Source of the DNA: Tortispora ganteri
Taxonomy: Eukaryota
Direction: 5' to 3'
Assembly (NCBI GenBank): GCA_003707115.1
Contig: PPNB01000001.1
Location: 496,001-560,000, forward strand
Length of the DNA stretch: 64,000 nt
The position numbers were made by a program, and so were the translations under genes. Shown piece by piece: positions 29,825-40,615 of this stretch; position 1 is the first letter of the stretch; every line of letters starts with the position of its first letter. The notes beneath the pieces were generated by a model. It was not told the origin of the DNA and ran no database searches. It saw only the letters and a program-made list of their open reading frames with translations.

Positions 29825-31465
29825 ATGGATTCAAGAAGCACTTCTAGGTTCATTCCCGAACACCGCCGTTCTACCTACAAGAACAAAGACCACTTCCAGC
29901 AAGATGAGCTACGAAGACGCCGTGAAGAGGCTCAAATAGAAATTCGCAAGGCAAAGAGAGAAGAGAACCTCGCAAAGCGTAGAAACTTCGACGCTAATGC
30001 CCCGCCCCTCTATGATTCAGACTCTGAAACTGAAATAGACCCAATTAATTCGAATGCTGAGTTGAGCGAACTTCCAGAAATGGTTAGCGCCGTCATGTCT
30101 GATGATGTGCAGTTGCAAATAACCGCAACTACCAAGTTCAGAAAACTCCTTTCAAAGGAGAACAACCCGCCTATCGAAGCTGTCATCCATTGCGGCGTCG
30201 TCCCGCGATTCGTTGAGTTCCTAAGCTCTTCTAATTCAGTGGTCCAATTCGAGGCTGCATGGGCTCTTACTAACATTGCTTCAGGCTCCGCTGAGCAAAC
30301 ACTTACAGTCATCCAGGCTGGTGGTGTTCCAAAATTCGTTCAGCTTATGGAGTCTCCTGATCCTGATGTCCGTGAACAAGCAGTGTGGGCTTTGGGTAAC
30401 ATAGCAGGTGATTCTTGCATGTGCCGCGACATAGTTATCAATGCCGGAGCTCTGCCAAGAATATTGGCTATTCTCGAGACCGACACAGTCCCCGGTCTAC
30501 TCAGAAATGCTACTTGGACCCTCAGCAATCTGTGCCGCGGTAAAGACCCCCAACCAGAATGGTCCGTTATTTCCACAGCGCTACCCACTCTGGCTAACCT
30601 CTTATACTCACAAGATTCTGAAATCTTGACGGATGCCGCCTGGGCGGTCTCATACCTCTCAGATGGTCCGGATGAGCACATCCAGGCCATTATCGAACTT
30701 TCTATGCCCCGCAGACTCGTTGAGCTGCTCAGCCACCAGAACCATGCTGTACAGACTCCTGCTTTACGATCGGTGGGCAACATTGTCACTGGGGATGACT
30801 TGCAAACTCAAGTAGTAATCAACTGCGGTGCCTTGCCTGCGCTGCGTTTGCTTCTGCATTCATCCAAGGACTCAATTCGAAAGGAGGCTTGTTGGACTAT
30901 TTCCAACATCACTGCAGGTAATCCTACTCAAATTCGTGCTGTTATAGATGCAAACTTGATCCAACCTTTAGTTTATTATCTGCAGAACGGCGATAACCGC
31001 ACTAAGAAAGAAGCCTGCTGGGCGATTTCGAATGCTACCTCTGGAGGTATGAAGCAACCAGATATTATCAGGTACCTTGCTGCGCAGGGTGCTATCAAGC
31101 CACTCTGCGACATCCTGGAAAGCATGGACAACAAGTTAATTCATATTGCCTTGGATGGACTTGAGAATATCTTGAAGGTTGGTGAATTGGACAAACAGGA
31201 ACGTGGTCTAGAGAACAATCCGTATGCTATTGATATTGAGGACTGCGGTGGGCTGGACAAGATCAGCGATTGTCAGAACAACAGCAACGAGAGGATCTAT
31301 CAGAAGGCATATAATATTATCGAGAAGTATTTCTCATATGAGGAGGATGGTATTGATGATGCACATGTTGTTCCTGGCGTTAATGCTACTGGGTTCGATT
31401 TTGGCGCTCAAGGTCAATCTACTAATTTTGATTTCTCTAACCAATCTTTTGCTAAGATGACATGA
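29825..31465 (+). CDS. SRP1: Importin alpha (karyopherin alpha, Kap60)
   Basis: IBB domain ELRRRREE...KRRNF; ARM repeats with [11 protein letters not shown]. Confidence 0.95.
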   Translation: MDSRSTSRFIPEHRRSTYKNKDHFQQDELRRRREEAQIEIRKAKREENLAKRRNFDANAPPLYDSDSETEIDPINSNAELSELPEMVSAVMSDDVQLQITATTKFRKLLSKENNPPIEAVIHCGVVPRFVEFLSSSNSVVQFEAAWALTNIASGSAEQTLTVIQAGGVPKFVQLMESPDPDVREQAVWALGNIAGDSCMCRDIVINAGALPRILAILETDTVPGLLRNATWTLSNLCRGKDPQPEWSVISTALPTLANLLYSQDSEILTDAAWAVSYLSDGPDEHIQAIIELSMPRRLVELLSHQNHAVQTPALRSVGNIVTGDDLQTQVVINCGALPALRLLLHSSKDSIRKEACWTISNITAGNPTQIRAVIDANLIQPLVYYLQNGDNRTKKEACWAISNATSGGMKQPDIIRYLAAQGAIKPLCDILESMDNKLIHIALDGLENILKVGELDKQERGLENNPYAIDIEDCGGLDKISDCQNNSNERIYQKAYNIIEKYFSYEEDGIDDAHVVPGVNATGFDFGAQGQSTNFDFSNQSFAKMT

Positions 31466-31609
31466 ATGATGGACTAGATGCAGTAATGAGGTGAGACCAA
31501 ACCAGAAAAAAGATGTGTCTACAAGAGATTTAGAATTTTAGCGGGGTCAATTTAGATATACGGTATTTATGATAATGCTTTGTGAACTACTGATGTATTG
31601 TGGTGTCGA

Positions 31610-32293
31610 TTATATAGGCACTGTGGCTTTGTGTTTTAATGAGCAGTAGCAGTCGCGGCTATTCAGTGGCACTGATTTTAGCAGTGAAGGTGCACAGTTG
31701 ATTAATTCTTCATGTAAATGGATTTTTAAAGCGGTGAATCTCCTTTGGAAGTCTTTTTTGCATCTGTAACAGCGATAATGGCTGGCCAGCAGCGCGGTAG
31801 CGTCAGATCGAGCCACTCTGTCGTTTTCGACTGTTATCGTCTCAAACTTGACGAAGAATGGCGTATTAAAAGAGTTATAATGAACAGGTCGTTTCATACA
31901 GCGCGAGTGCATGTCTGGAGACAAGACGTGGATGTGCAAGTTGGCCATTGAGGGCTTCAAGTGGCAGCCAGCGAGAAGGAGCGGACGCAGATCAGCGATT
32001 GAGAATTTGTCGGGGTCGTCCAGGATTTTTCTGAGCGCAGTGACTGCTAGATCCTTAGCGCGTTCGACGACGACAGCAGTTTTATGGTAGAAATCGATGT
32101 TTGAGGACGCAAAAGCGTCGTATGGGTGTAGGAGCGTGTACTGCGTGCTTCGGGGGAGTACGAGATAGTGCACGATCGACTTAGGAAACTGATCTTTAAT
32201 AATGACATAGTCATCATCGGACCAGACTACAATATCCGGGAAATGTGCAGGCGAGCGTATGTAGGGCTGGAGACCATACTCAAAGGATCGCAT
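31610..32293 (-). CDS. HNT3: Aprataxin (HIT family DNA 5'-deadenylase)
   Basis: IKDQFPKSIVHYLVLPR, HLKPSMANLHIHVLS, HYNSFNTPFF and C2HE-type zinc finger. Confidence 0.9.
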   Translation of the reverse strand: MRSFEYGLQPYIRSPAHFPDIVVWSDDDYVIIKDQFPKSIVHYLVLPRSTQYTLLHPYDAFASSNIDFYHKTAVVVERAKDLAVTALRKILDDPDKFSIADLRPLLLAGCHLKPSMANLHIHVLSPDMHSRCMKRPVHYNSFNTPFFVKFETITVENDRVARSDATALLASHYRCYRCKKDFQRRFTALKIHLHEELINCAPSLLKSVPLNSRDCYCSLKHKATVPI

Positions 32294-32408
32294 GTATGTA
32301 GTTGGTGGGAGTAAGGGTTACGAAATAGAAATAGGTATCATTGAGCATTCTTGCATGACATAACTACAACCTAGGAGATAACAAAAATCACTTTATCGTT
32401 GCAGGGAT

Positions 32409-32804
32409 TTAAGCGAAAGAGGGAGTTCCAGCAGGAATATCCTTCTCGCGGCGACGGTAGTCGTTATCGCGTTGGAAATTGGGGCGTCCACCGCGAGGAC
32501 GTCCGAAAACAGGAGTAGGAGCAGCAACTTCACGGTGAGTGATAGGAGAAACGGTATCGGGCAAGTGTAACCATTCTCTGAGGTACTCAACACCTTCTTC
32601 AGTGAGAGTATAGTAGTAATATTGCCAGGAGAACTGGGTCTTAACGTAGCCTCTTGAATCTAAAGATTGGAGAGCTTTGATGACATAAAGGTTCTTAGTA
32701 TCGATGGTATCGTGTTGGATCTCAAAGTTCTTGGCAGCAACAAGTACTCCGCTAGCAAACAAAGCAGAGTAGATTTTCTTGCGGTCCTCTTTTGGCATAA
32801 GCAT
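32409..32804 (-). CDS. RPS10: 40S ribosomal protein eS10
   Basis: MLMPKEDRKKI...GYVKTQFSWQYYYYTLTEEGVEYLREWLHLP. Confidence 0.97.
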   Translation of the reverse strand: MLMPKEDRKKIYSALFASGVLVAAKNFEIQHDTIDTKNLYVIKALQSLDSRGYVKTQFSWQYYYYTLTEEGVEYLREWLHLPDTVSPITHREVAAPTPVFGRPRGGRPNFQRDNDYRRREKDIPAGTPSFA

Positions 32805-34320
32805 GATGGGCAGACTATTTGAATATGTATATGTATGTGAACAACTACTTGTGCGTTTCGTGGTGGGAGTGTATTCTATGGTTGTGTGTGGTGCTCCCAG
32901 CGTGACTGTTTAAGTAACCCTACTTTTATTTTTCTACCCTGTTTCTCGCGTGACTACCAGCCTGCCCAGCAACGTCACCGATATTTTGGTCCAAATATGT
33001 AAACCCTATTCAGACTTTGCTCAAGGCGGATCACGATATTGACCGTATCCTAGCTATTTTAGCTGCAGACATGCGATTATAGTAAAGGAAACAGATGCAA
33101 GGGTAAAAGCTGCACATAAATATATACAAGAGTGATACATAACTGAAATTACCACTGCGCCTATAGTTTGTATCGGCTGCCGCCTATTGTGTCTACAATA
33201 GATCGACACTGAGGTTTTGACGTATCTGTCCCGATAGAACGTTGAATCTGCGTTTAGATTTCACATGACTTAGCAAAGCCAACTTGGACCTTACTGTTAT
33301 CAAAACAATAGTGACTACAAAAACTTCGCCGCATCGGACTTGACCACACGTATGTCTGTGATGTATGTCAAACTATCGCAGGGTCTGACATCTTTATGTT
33401 GCGTAATAGCAAACTTCACATTGGCGTGGCAAGATAACAAAAATGTTTGATAAAGTTTCTTTTTTAATATGTAATTTGGTTGGATAAAATGTATTTCCCC
33501 ACACTTTCTGTATAGTAGACAAGAATTACTAGGATTTACTCCAGCATATATAAAATGCACAGCTATAGAGGGCGCATGTTTGTACATTACGTCTAAAGTA
33601 TGATGATCCAATATCTTTCTGTCACACACCGCGCTATATGTGATAAATACACCACCTCACTAGATCTGAGAACCCTTACAAATTACGTCACATAGTAATT
33701 ACAGAATCACAGTGCAAAGTGGGAATATTTCTAAAGCCTGGAATCTTATCCAAACAATTAAGCAAAAGCTTAATTCCCCAGACTTTATATCGAATCACAG
33801 CTTAGGATGCTGTATAATAAGGTTGTCCCGCACGCTAATCACCCCTCCTTTTTCTACTTCTTGGTCTCACCACTTCTTTATATAAACATAGACAATCTTA
33901 CTTTGATTTCGATTTTCGTCTATTTAATCTTGCTTTTTTGGCTATTAGCACAAAACGTTCGCGACTGTTTGACTTTATCGCACCTAACTCGTTTCTGACA
34001 TCGTCGCCTCCATAGCCACACAAGAGCACTTTCTTCATTCGCCTTCTCCATCTACCCCACCGAAAAGGCGATTTGCTCCATTGCACTAGAGCTGCTCTTC
34101 AAAGGTCTTACAAACGGTTCTTTATTACAAGTTACCGTCCTACTGACTGCGAACGCGCAAGTACGAGCTCCTCTTACCTGCACATCAAAAAGCAAAGAAC
34201 AGCTGTTTTTTCTTTTTATTTTTTCTCTGATACACAGATAGATATTCCCTAATTTATTTTATATATACTTACAAATAATATTGTTGTTGCGCTTGTCTTC
34301 TTCTGCTATTCGTCAACTAA

Positions 34321-36045
34321 ATGCCTGAAACAAGCCGCCATCTCTCGCATAACTACAGCAGCCAGGACGACGATATTTCTTACAATGATGTGTGGTCCCG
34401 CGCCTCCATACACAGTCTGGTAGCTGACGACACTTCAAAAGTCCAATCGACACTCTCCGCTATAAGCTCTCGTCGCCCGAGCTATGCCGCTGAGTTCTCT
34501 GGCAGAAATCAGCACAATTCGTTTGCCGCCGCCGCAACAGCCGCCGCTACCGCAGCAACAAACAACAACATTTCTGCTTTAACTCCATCTAATTCGCTCC
34601 CTGCATCCTCTAATTTACATCTTCTCGATATAGAGAGATGGGCAAGTAACCTCCAAACGGGTGCAAAACACCCCGGCAATATCTGGAACGCTAAGGCGTC
34701 TACGGAAAAGAGCACAGTCCCATCGAATCTATTTGGAAAGGCCTCCCTCGATCCATATGCGACGCGTTACGAATCTAATCCGTCAGCTGTGCGAGAAGAT
34801 TGCAATATAGTTCCAGCATTGGGCTCTCTGTCGTTGGGCCGCCAACGTGGTAGCTCGCTTTCGACCGGACTGCCTACGGCGCCTACAGGCGGTCGTCGCT
34901 TCTCTTCTGTTGACACATCCTCATCGTCCCCACCAAGAGACCCTGCTGCGTACTCTCCAAGAGCAGGCACAAAAAAAGATTCTCCAAGTAGACGGGAGAA
35001 CGACAATTTCAGGGCGCTATGTGATGATGTCGCCTTTTACTTCGAGCCACCTCATGGCTACACGTCGGAGTCACGAAAAATACTCTTCGGGCAGGCACCA
35101 ATTCCCGATATGGAGGCCAATTTGCCACCAAATTCCAGCAGTTTTGCAGATGTTGTACTTTATGCTGTTGAATTTAAAGGTGGACGCCTAGAGATTTTCC
35201 AGTCTCCTGTAAAAGGCGGCGTGTCTGCAGAGGTTGGCGATCTCGTTATTGTGGACGCCGACCGAGGCCAGGATCTGGGCAAAGTTGTGCGCCGGAACCT
35301 GTCTGCTGAAGTTGCTCGAGCTTTTAGAATCCAGCAGCACAATGAGCAGCAAGCCACCTTGAGGAAACAGCCAGACGCCGATGGTAACTCGGCCAAGGCT
35401 GAGGGCATAAACCCATCTACAATTCTGCAGCCCAAGAGCATTTTGCGTCTGGCGCAATCGCCAGAAATTCAGCAGCTTTTCAACAAGAACTCCGACGAAG
35501 AAAAAGCAAGAAGAATTTGCATTTCTAAGATAGAAGACCGACACCTTTCTATGCGTATCACTGATGCGGAATACCAGTGGGATCGCAGGAAATTGACATT
35601 TTTCTACAACGCGAATAATAGAATAGACTTTCGGGAAGTTGTTCGTGAACTATTTAGGATATACAAAACTCGCATTTGGATGTGCGCTGTCTCGAACGAG
35701 CAGACTGAGGCTATTTTGGCCGCGAGAGAGATGGTGGAACCTTCGAAATCGTTACATGCTGGTAGTCAATCGCAGCAGACGCCGCAACTGCCGCAACTTC
35801 CTATACCTGGAGTATTGGATAACCAACAATCTCCAATGCTGATGGAGCCAAGAAGTGTAGCCGCTTATTGGTCTCCTCTAATGTCTGCTGCACAGTACAT
35901 TCCATACTCTGTTTACCCTGGTGGTGCGATTTCTCAGTTGTCTCCGAGACAAGGAAATGAACAGCATATTGGTGTTCCTAACATGGCTGCTTACTATGAC
36001 ACTCGTCCAGACTCTCCGCTTACCCCGCAACCTTTTGTGTCCTAA
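34321..36045 (+). CDS. PSP1: PSP1 C-terminal domain protein
   Basis: VGDLVIVDADRGQDLG and DAEYQWDRRKLTFFY...RIDFREVVRELFRIYKTRIWM. Confidence 0.85.
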   Translation: MPETSRHLSHNYSSQDDDISYNDVWSRASIHSLVADDTSKVQSTLSAISSRRPSYAAEFSGRNQHNSFAAAATAAATAATNNNISALTPSNSLPASSNLHLLDIERWASNLQTGAKHPGNIWNAKASTEKSTVPSNLFGKASLDPYATRYESNPSAVREDCNIVPALGSLSLGRQRGSSLSTGLPTAPTGGRRFSSVDTSSSSPPRDPAAYSPRAGTKKDSPSRRENDNFRALCDDVAFYFEPPHGYTSESRKILFGQAPIPDMEANLPPNSSSFADVVLYAVEFKGGRLEIFQSPVKGGVSAEVGDLVIVDADRGQDLGKVVRRNLSAEVARAFRIQQHNEQQATLRKQPDADGNSAKAEGINPSTILQPKSILRLAQSPEIQQLFNKNSDEEKARRICISKIEDRHLSMRITDAEYQWDRRKLTFFYNANNRIDFREVVRELFRIYKTRIWMCAVSNEQTEAILAAREMVEPSKSLHAGSQSQQTPQLPQLPIPGVLDNQQSPMLMEPRSVAAYWSPLMSAAQYIPYSVYPGGAISQLSPRQGNEQHIGVPNMAAYYDTRPDSPLTPQPFVS

Positions 36046-36218
36046 TTGGATAGGTATTGACGTGATGAGACTTGGACGGCGGCCCGTACAAATGAACGCA
36101 AGTCTATACGCATACTTAAAAAGGGCCAGGAACTAGTATATTGATTTTAAGGCTATTTGTTATATTATTGTATATGTTAAATACCTGCTTGCTCACTGTA
36201 ATATGTACAAACTTCCAC

Positions 36219-37685
36219 TTATGCGTCTTCCTGCAATGGATTATTAGACATGTGCTGCACCGTACGAATAACGCGAAACGCTTCAGGTGTGTAGGCGACA
36301 AAATATGGTCTTTCGAGCGCGATTCGAGCTACATTAAGGTACGAACCAATCAGGACAAACTTGGGCCAGTTTATCCTTTGTCCTTCGCCGGCGAACGAGT
36401 CGTTGCCGTCTTTGGCTAGAATCAGCAAACTGGCAAAAGGTCCCCACAGCGGTATATACTGTTTTCCGCTCCACATACGGGTCCTTATCTCGTCCTGGTA
36501 GTACTCAAACCTATTACCCGTTCGGATTACTTTATCTCTGCATTTCTCGAAGATTTCGAGATCTTCTTCGAGCACTTCGCCTAACAATTCCAGATCCGAA
36601 CTCGAGGAGTCTGGATCTATCAGTCGCTGCCAGTCATCGGGGTTGCGGTCAATGTACTTCTGAATGCCAATAGTCATCGGAAACAAAGAATTGAAGTCAC
36701 CCCAGTGATAGAGAAAAACAACTACTTTGACAAGAGTACAAAGCACAGATGAGCGCAGAGACTCAGGCGCATTGTTCAGTGCAGTCGATGTCCAGTCAGA
36801 CATGAAGTTACAGAACTTGGCGACATTCGTGTACGCTTCAAACGCCTCTGGGCACCCTTTGAATCTGCTGAAACTCGTGAATGTAAATCTGACGTAGTCT
36901 CTCAGACGCACTTTGCTGAACAGGTCCCAGTCCAAGCGGACGATCTCGCTCGCTATAAGATGTGGAGGACATTTCAGCAGCGATTCTGAGTAGAATTGGT
37001 GTTTCTCTTGCACACTATGGAAACTCGCAGACGAATCAGCAGAACGGTCGCTTGCCCAGGAACTGTGAGAGTACGAAGGAGGGAAGTACATTTCGGTTTC
37101 GGAGGAATCGCTCGGGCTGTCGCTTCTGTCGTCCTGTTCCATGTAATCAAATATAATGTTCAGCGACGAATGGTTCTTAGAGTTTCTCATAGGAATTGTC
37201 AGCTCAGAAGATTGAGAACTGACAGTCCTTGATTTACGCGGTAACTCCGCAGATAGAGTAGGGATTCCCGAGTATGTAGTATCAAAATCCTGTGCAGGTA
37301 GGCGCAGAAGTCGTTGTGCCAATGTAGTAGCCGATTCTAAGGCGGGATTACGCTGTAACGCCTGCAGCAGTCCCTCAAGTATACCGTAACACTCTGAATC
37401 AACAAAATCTTGAGGGGCCTGGTCCATCCAGAGGATCAGAAACTGTGCGATCGCTACGTCGGAGAACGACGCCGATTCAGACAGGTCGGCAACACGGAGT
37501 AAAAGCTCTTTAGGCGTTGCGACTGACCGGTACACCATAATCAGCAGCAATGCGTGGTCCATGCGTGGAGGCCAGGAGTTGTAATCTACCTTATAATTTC
37601 CGACAATGGCACAGTCCAGCAGCTCAGCGAGCGTCCGGGCCTGGTCGCAGCTGCAGTCGTCATTAGTAGAGAGAGGAACATTCAT
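36219..37685 (-). CDS. Divergent RasGEF (REM + CDC25-like) domain protein
   Basis: YRSVATPKELL REM-like motif; IASEIVRLDWDLF, GDFNSLF, YIPLWG, DGNDSF...INWPKF; first ATG at 37685. Confidence 0.75.
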   Translation of the reverse strand: MNVPLSTNDDCSCDQARTLAELLDCAIVGNYKVDYNSWPPRMDHALLLIMVYRSVATPKELLLRVADLSESASFSDVAIAQFLILWMDQAPQDFVDSECYGILEGLLQALQRNPALESATTLAQRLLRLPAQDFDTTYSGIPTLSAELPRKSRTVSSQSSELTIPMRNSKNHSSLNIIFDYMEQDDRSDSPSDSSETEMYFPPSYSHSSWASDRSADSSASFHSVQEKHQFYSESLLKCPPHLIASEIVRLDWDLFSKVRLRDYVRFTFTSFSRFKGCPEAFEAYTNVAKFCNFMSDWTSTALNNAPESLRSSVLCTLVKVVVFLYHWGDFNSLFPMTIGIQKYIDRNPDDWQRLIDPDSSSSDLELLGEVLEEDLEIFEKCRDKVIRTGNRFEYYQDEIRTRMWSGKQYIPLWGPFASLLILAKDGNDSFAGEGQRINWPKFVLIGSYLNVARIALERPYFVAYTPEAFRVIRTVQHMSNNPLQEDA

Positions 37686-37999
37686 GAATACATGAATACG
37701 CAAAGTATCTATATACCTTATACACAAGCATAAACCATGGATACTTACTAAGTACAGTCTATAGGGCAACAGGGCTGTCAGCAGGAACCATTCAAAGGGT
37801 CTTTGTCGCAGACTACAGTCAGATGACAGGCAGGAAGGGCCCCAGCTCACGTTTCACGCAAATGACGAAGATAGCTACAAAGTACAGACAGAAAAAAGTA
37901 TCATAGAAAGTCGTTCTTATGTTCTAGAAACTCGACAGACAATAAATTGGAGAGATGGGGTGGGGCAGAGTTGTTAGAGTAGACACCTAACGGAGGACA

Positions 38000-39161
38000 T
38001 TAAATGGCAGCCATGACTTGCCAGACACGAATGACGTTGTCGGTGTATCCAGCAAAGAGGGTTTGTCCATCAGGAGACCAGACAAGAGAGATACATTCGG
38101 GGATCTTGCCACTTCCAGAAAGAGGAGCATCAGGACGAACCTCGTCAACAGGAGCACGGTCGGCCAAGTTGAAGATTCTGATGGCTGAAGAGGTAGCAGC
38201 GCAGAGCCAGAAACGGTTAGGAGAGAAAGCAAGAGCATGAATCTCATCACCGGCATCAAGAGAGTAAAGTGCAGCCGATTTTTGTAAGTCCCAGAGGTAG
38301 CAGACACCGTCCTTGCCGCCAGTAGCACATAGTGTTCCATCAGGAGCAATAGTGACAGCGTTGATTTGACCGTTGTGGCCAGTAGCGTCAGCTTGGAGAC
38401 CAAAGTTGGTAGCGTTCCAGACCTAAAAAAGTATTGTTAGTATAATTTGTTGTTTTCAAAGCGGGTACAAAACGTTTTAGTTGCGTTCTATTGTAAGTCC
38501 TCAGACAAAGTAGGTGATTGTTTTGTCTCATTGGAGTGTATATCCTCTGAAGTAGCAAATATATAGTTGCGACATCATTGTACCTAGCAGAACGAACAGC
38601 GTAGAGCATTAAGTGAAATAATAGACTTACCTTCATCTTCTTATCCCAGCCGGTGGTGACGACAATGGGGTGAGTAGGATTGGGGGAGTAGCGAACAGCA
38701 GTGACCCAGTCAGTGTGACCGTTGTCAGTGACGGTGTATTTGCATTCTCCCTGAATGTTCCAGAGCTTGATGGATTTATCGCGAGATCCAGAGACAATCA
38801 AACGGTTATCGGGAGAGAGAGATACAGAGAGAACATCGCCCTTGTGTCCGACAAATCGTCTTAAAGTCTTTCCGGTGCGGAGGTCCCATAAGCGGAGGGT
38901 GCGATCCCAGGAGCTGGAAATAGCATGCTTGGCATCAGCAGCAAGGGCGACATCGGAGACAATATGAGAGTGTCCATGTAAGGCACGGACAGGAACACCG
39001 TATTGCTGCTCGTCCCTTGTGAGTTTCCATACAAGGAGGGTCTTATCGCGTGAAGCAGAGATCAAAAGATCGGGATTTTCAGGAGCAGTAGCAAGGGCGG
39101 TAACCCATCCGTTGTGTCCCTCAAGCGTTCCTCGCAAAACGAGAGTTTCTGTAACAGCCAT
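38000..39161 (-). CDS. ASC1: RACK1 / G-beta-like 40S protein; exons 39161-38631 and 38422-38000
   Basis: [15 protein letters not shown]40 repeats; 208-nt intron 38630-38423 (GTAAGT...TACTAAC...TAG) gives KMK|VWNATNF; 317 aa. Confidence 0.95.
38497..38582 (-). ncRNA. SNR24: Intronic box C/D snoRNA U24 (snR24)
   Basis: In the ASC1 intron, the known U24 host in yeasts; C-like box AUGAUGU, guide AUAUUUGCUACUU before D' CAGA, C'-like AUGAGA, D box CUGA. Confidence 0.85.
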
Positions 39162-39240
39162 TATGTATAATACGTTGGTTTAAATCAAGTACGTAACTAT
39201 CCTTGCGTGCGTTGGGATCATTATTGCTTGGGTAGCATGT

Positions 39241-39273
39241 TTAGGGCTAACGTGACTTTGAATTTAGCCCTAA
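39241..39273. promoter_or_regulatory. Tbf1-type inverted repeat in the ASC1 promoter
   Basis: TTAGGGCTAA-13 nt-TTAGCCCTAA; spacer begins with CGTGAC. Confidence 0.7.
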
Positions 39274-39449
39274 CTATATCGATATCTTTCTAACGCTGCA
39301 GCGATGCGAATGAAGTCGGTATTTGCTAAACAATTACCTAAAGTTAAATATAATTATAAATAAAAGCGCTTAGTGTGCTTTTTTTAATCATAATGAGCGA
39401 TATGCAGTTTGCTGATCATACAACTTGCTAAACCATGCAGTACCATTTA

Positions 39450-40085
39450 AGGTTACCGCATATTCGATCATATTGCGGGTTCAATGGACACAACAATGCT
39501 ACTTTAAGGGGCAAACAGTTAGCATTGGTTAGAAATACATTTTCAAATTGACTGCATATGCATAGTCTGATGAGTTTCAAGGTTTCGAAGCCGTTCAGAT
39601 GGTCCTGATGGGCAGGCCAAGCTTCATATGTGGGGTAAACATAACATTGTTCACGTCCCTCTCCTCACATGGTTCGGCACTATACGGGAATCGTACTCTC
39701 AAAATAGCGGACAGACAAGCAAAAATATAACCATATCGCCCAAACGACTAACAAAGGCAGAGTGAGCAGTGTATTGGGTAGCCGTTTCGTTTTCGTACGC
39801 AGATAATGACTCTTTCTGCGGGTGAGACTAGGGCTGCGCTTTACGCTTTTTGACGTTGGTTCACTTCGAAAAGAAGTAATTGACTTATAAAGCCTATCCC
39901 GGTTATGAATAATGCCTTTGGAATCGAATTCGATCGCTATAACATGGAAACCTAAGTCTGAGTTAGGGTTAGTCAAACACACATAAATTTTGTAGTATTG
40001 CGTTTTAGCGATCGGCTAAATGACGTTTCACACTTGCGCTCTGAAAGTATGGCCCTACTTCTAGAACATAAACGCATTTCCGAGT
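39450..40085 (-). ncRNA. Candidate structured non-coding RNA (possible telomerase RNA); boundaries approximate
   Basis: CTAACCCTAAC at 39972-39962, several hairpins, Sm-like ATTTTTG at 39726-39720; no substantial ATG-started ORF. Confidence 0.3.
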
Positions 40086-40135
40086 GACTACTTCTTATTG
40101 GTGGAAAATTTTTTTCTCTTAATTGCGGGGGCCCG

Positions 40136-40487
40136 TTCACGTGAAGTGACTCATAAACTCTCCTCATTGAGTCAATTTGCAACCTTAATGGCAGAATTTT
40201 TTTTTTGCACTGGAGATTATGATATTGTTAGAAATAGGTCCCCAGAACTTCTTGAGAATAGTACTAAGTCTGAATATTTTATTTGGCAGTTTTTATAAAC
40301 ATAATATGTTCTCTATTTGTTTTTTCTTCTATTGTAAGAGCATTTTATATCGACATATTGTACATAAATTTTTACCCTGACCCTGGCAAGTGACTCACGT
40401 GTCATGAACTCTAACTCTGCCGAATAACTTAATAATATGAGGGGTGCTGAATTCCCGCCTTTTACTGCCAAGGGTGGATTATAAATA
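40136..40487. promoter_or_regulatory. Gcn4/AP-1 (TGACTCA) and E-box cluster with TATA upstream of the Par32-like gene
   Basis: CACGTG 40138, TGACTCA 40147, TGAGTCA 40168, overlapping TGACTCACGTG 40391, TATAAATA 40480. Confidence 0.55.
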
Positions 40488-40615
40488 CCCCAGCTTTTTC
40501 TTTTCTCTTACATTCTTTCATTTAATTATTTACTTGACGGCTTATTTTGTGCTAGTAAACGCGATTGTACTTATATTTCGGTATCCCGCTAATCAAGAGA
40601 ATCTCTGAATAAACG

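Noticed and set aside
33315..33629. 104-aa minus-strand ORF
   Set aside because: GTG start, AT-rich, no domain
38388..38630. ORF-track extension of ASC1 (257 aa) and the separate 138-aa ORF at 37987-38403
   Set aside because: The extension reads through the intron, and the 138-aa ORF is an off-frame overlap of exon 2; the spliced model gives a full 317-aa RACK1
39562..39612. Hammerhead-like core on the plus strand (CTGATGAG...CGAAG-ccgt tcag atgg-TC)
   Set aside because: GAAG replaces the conserved GAAA, stem II does not pair, and stem I starts with a mismatch
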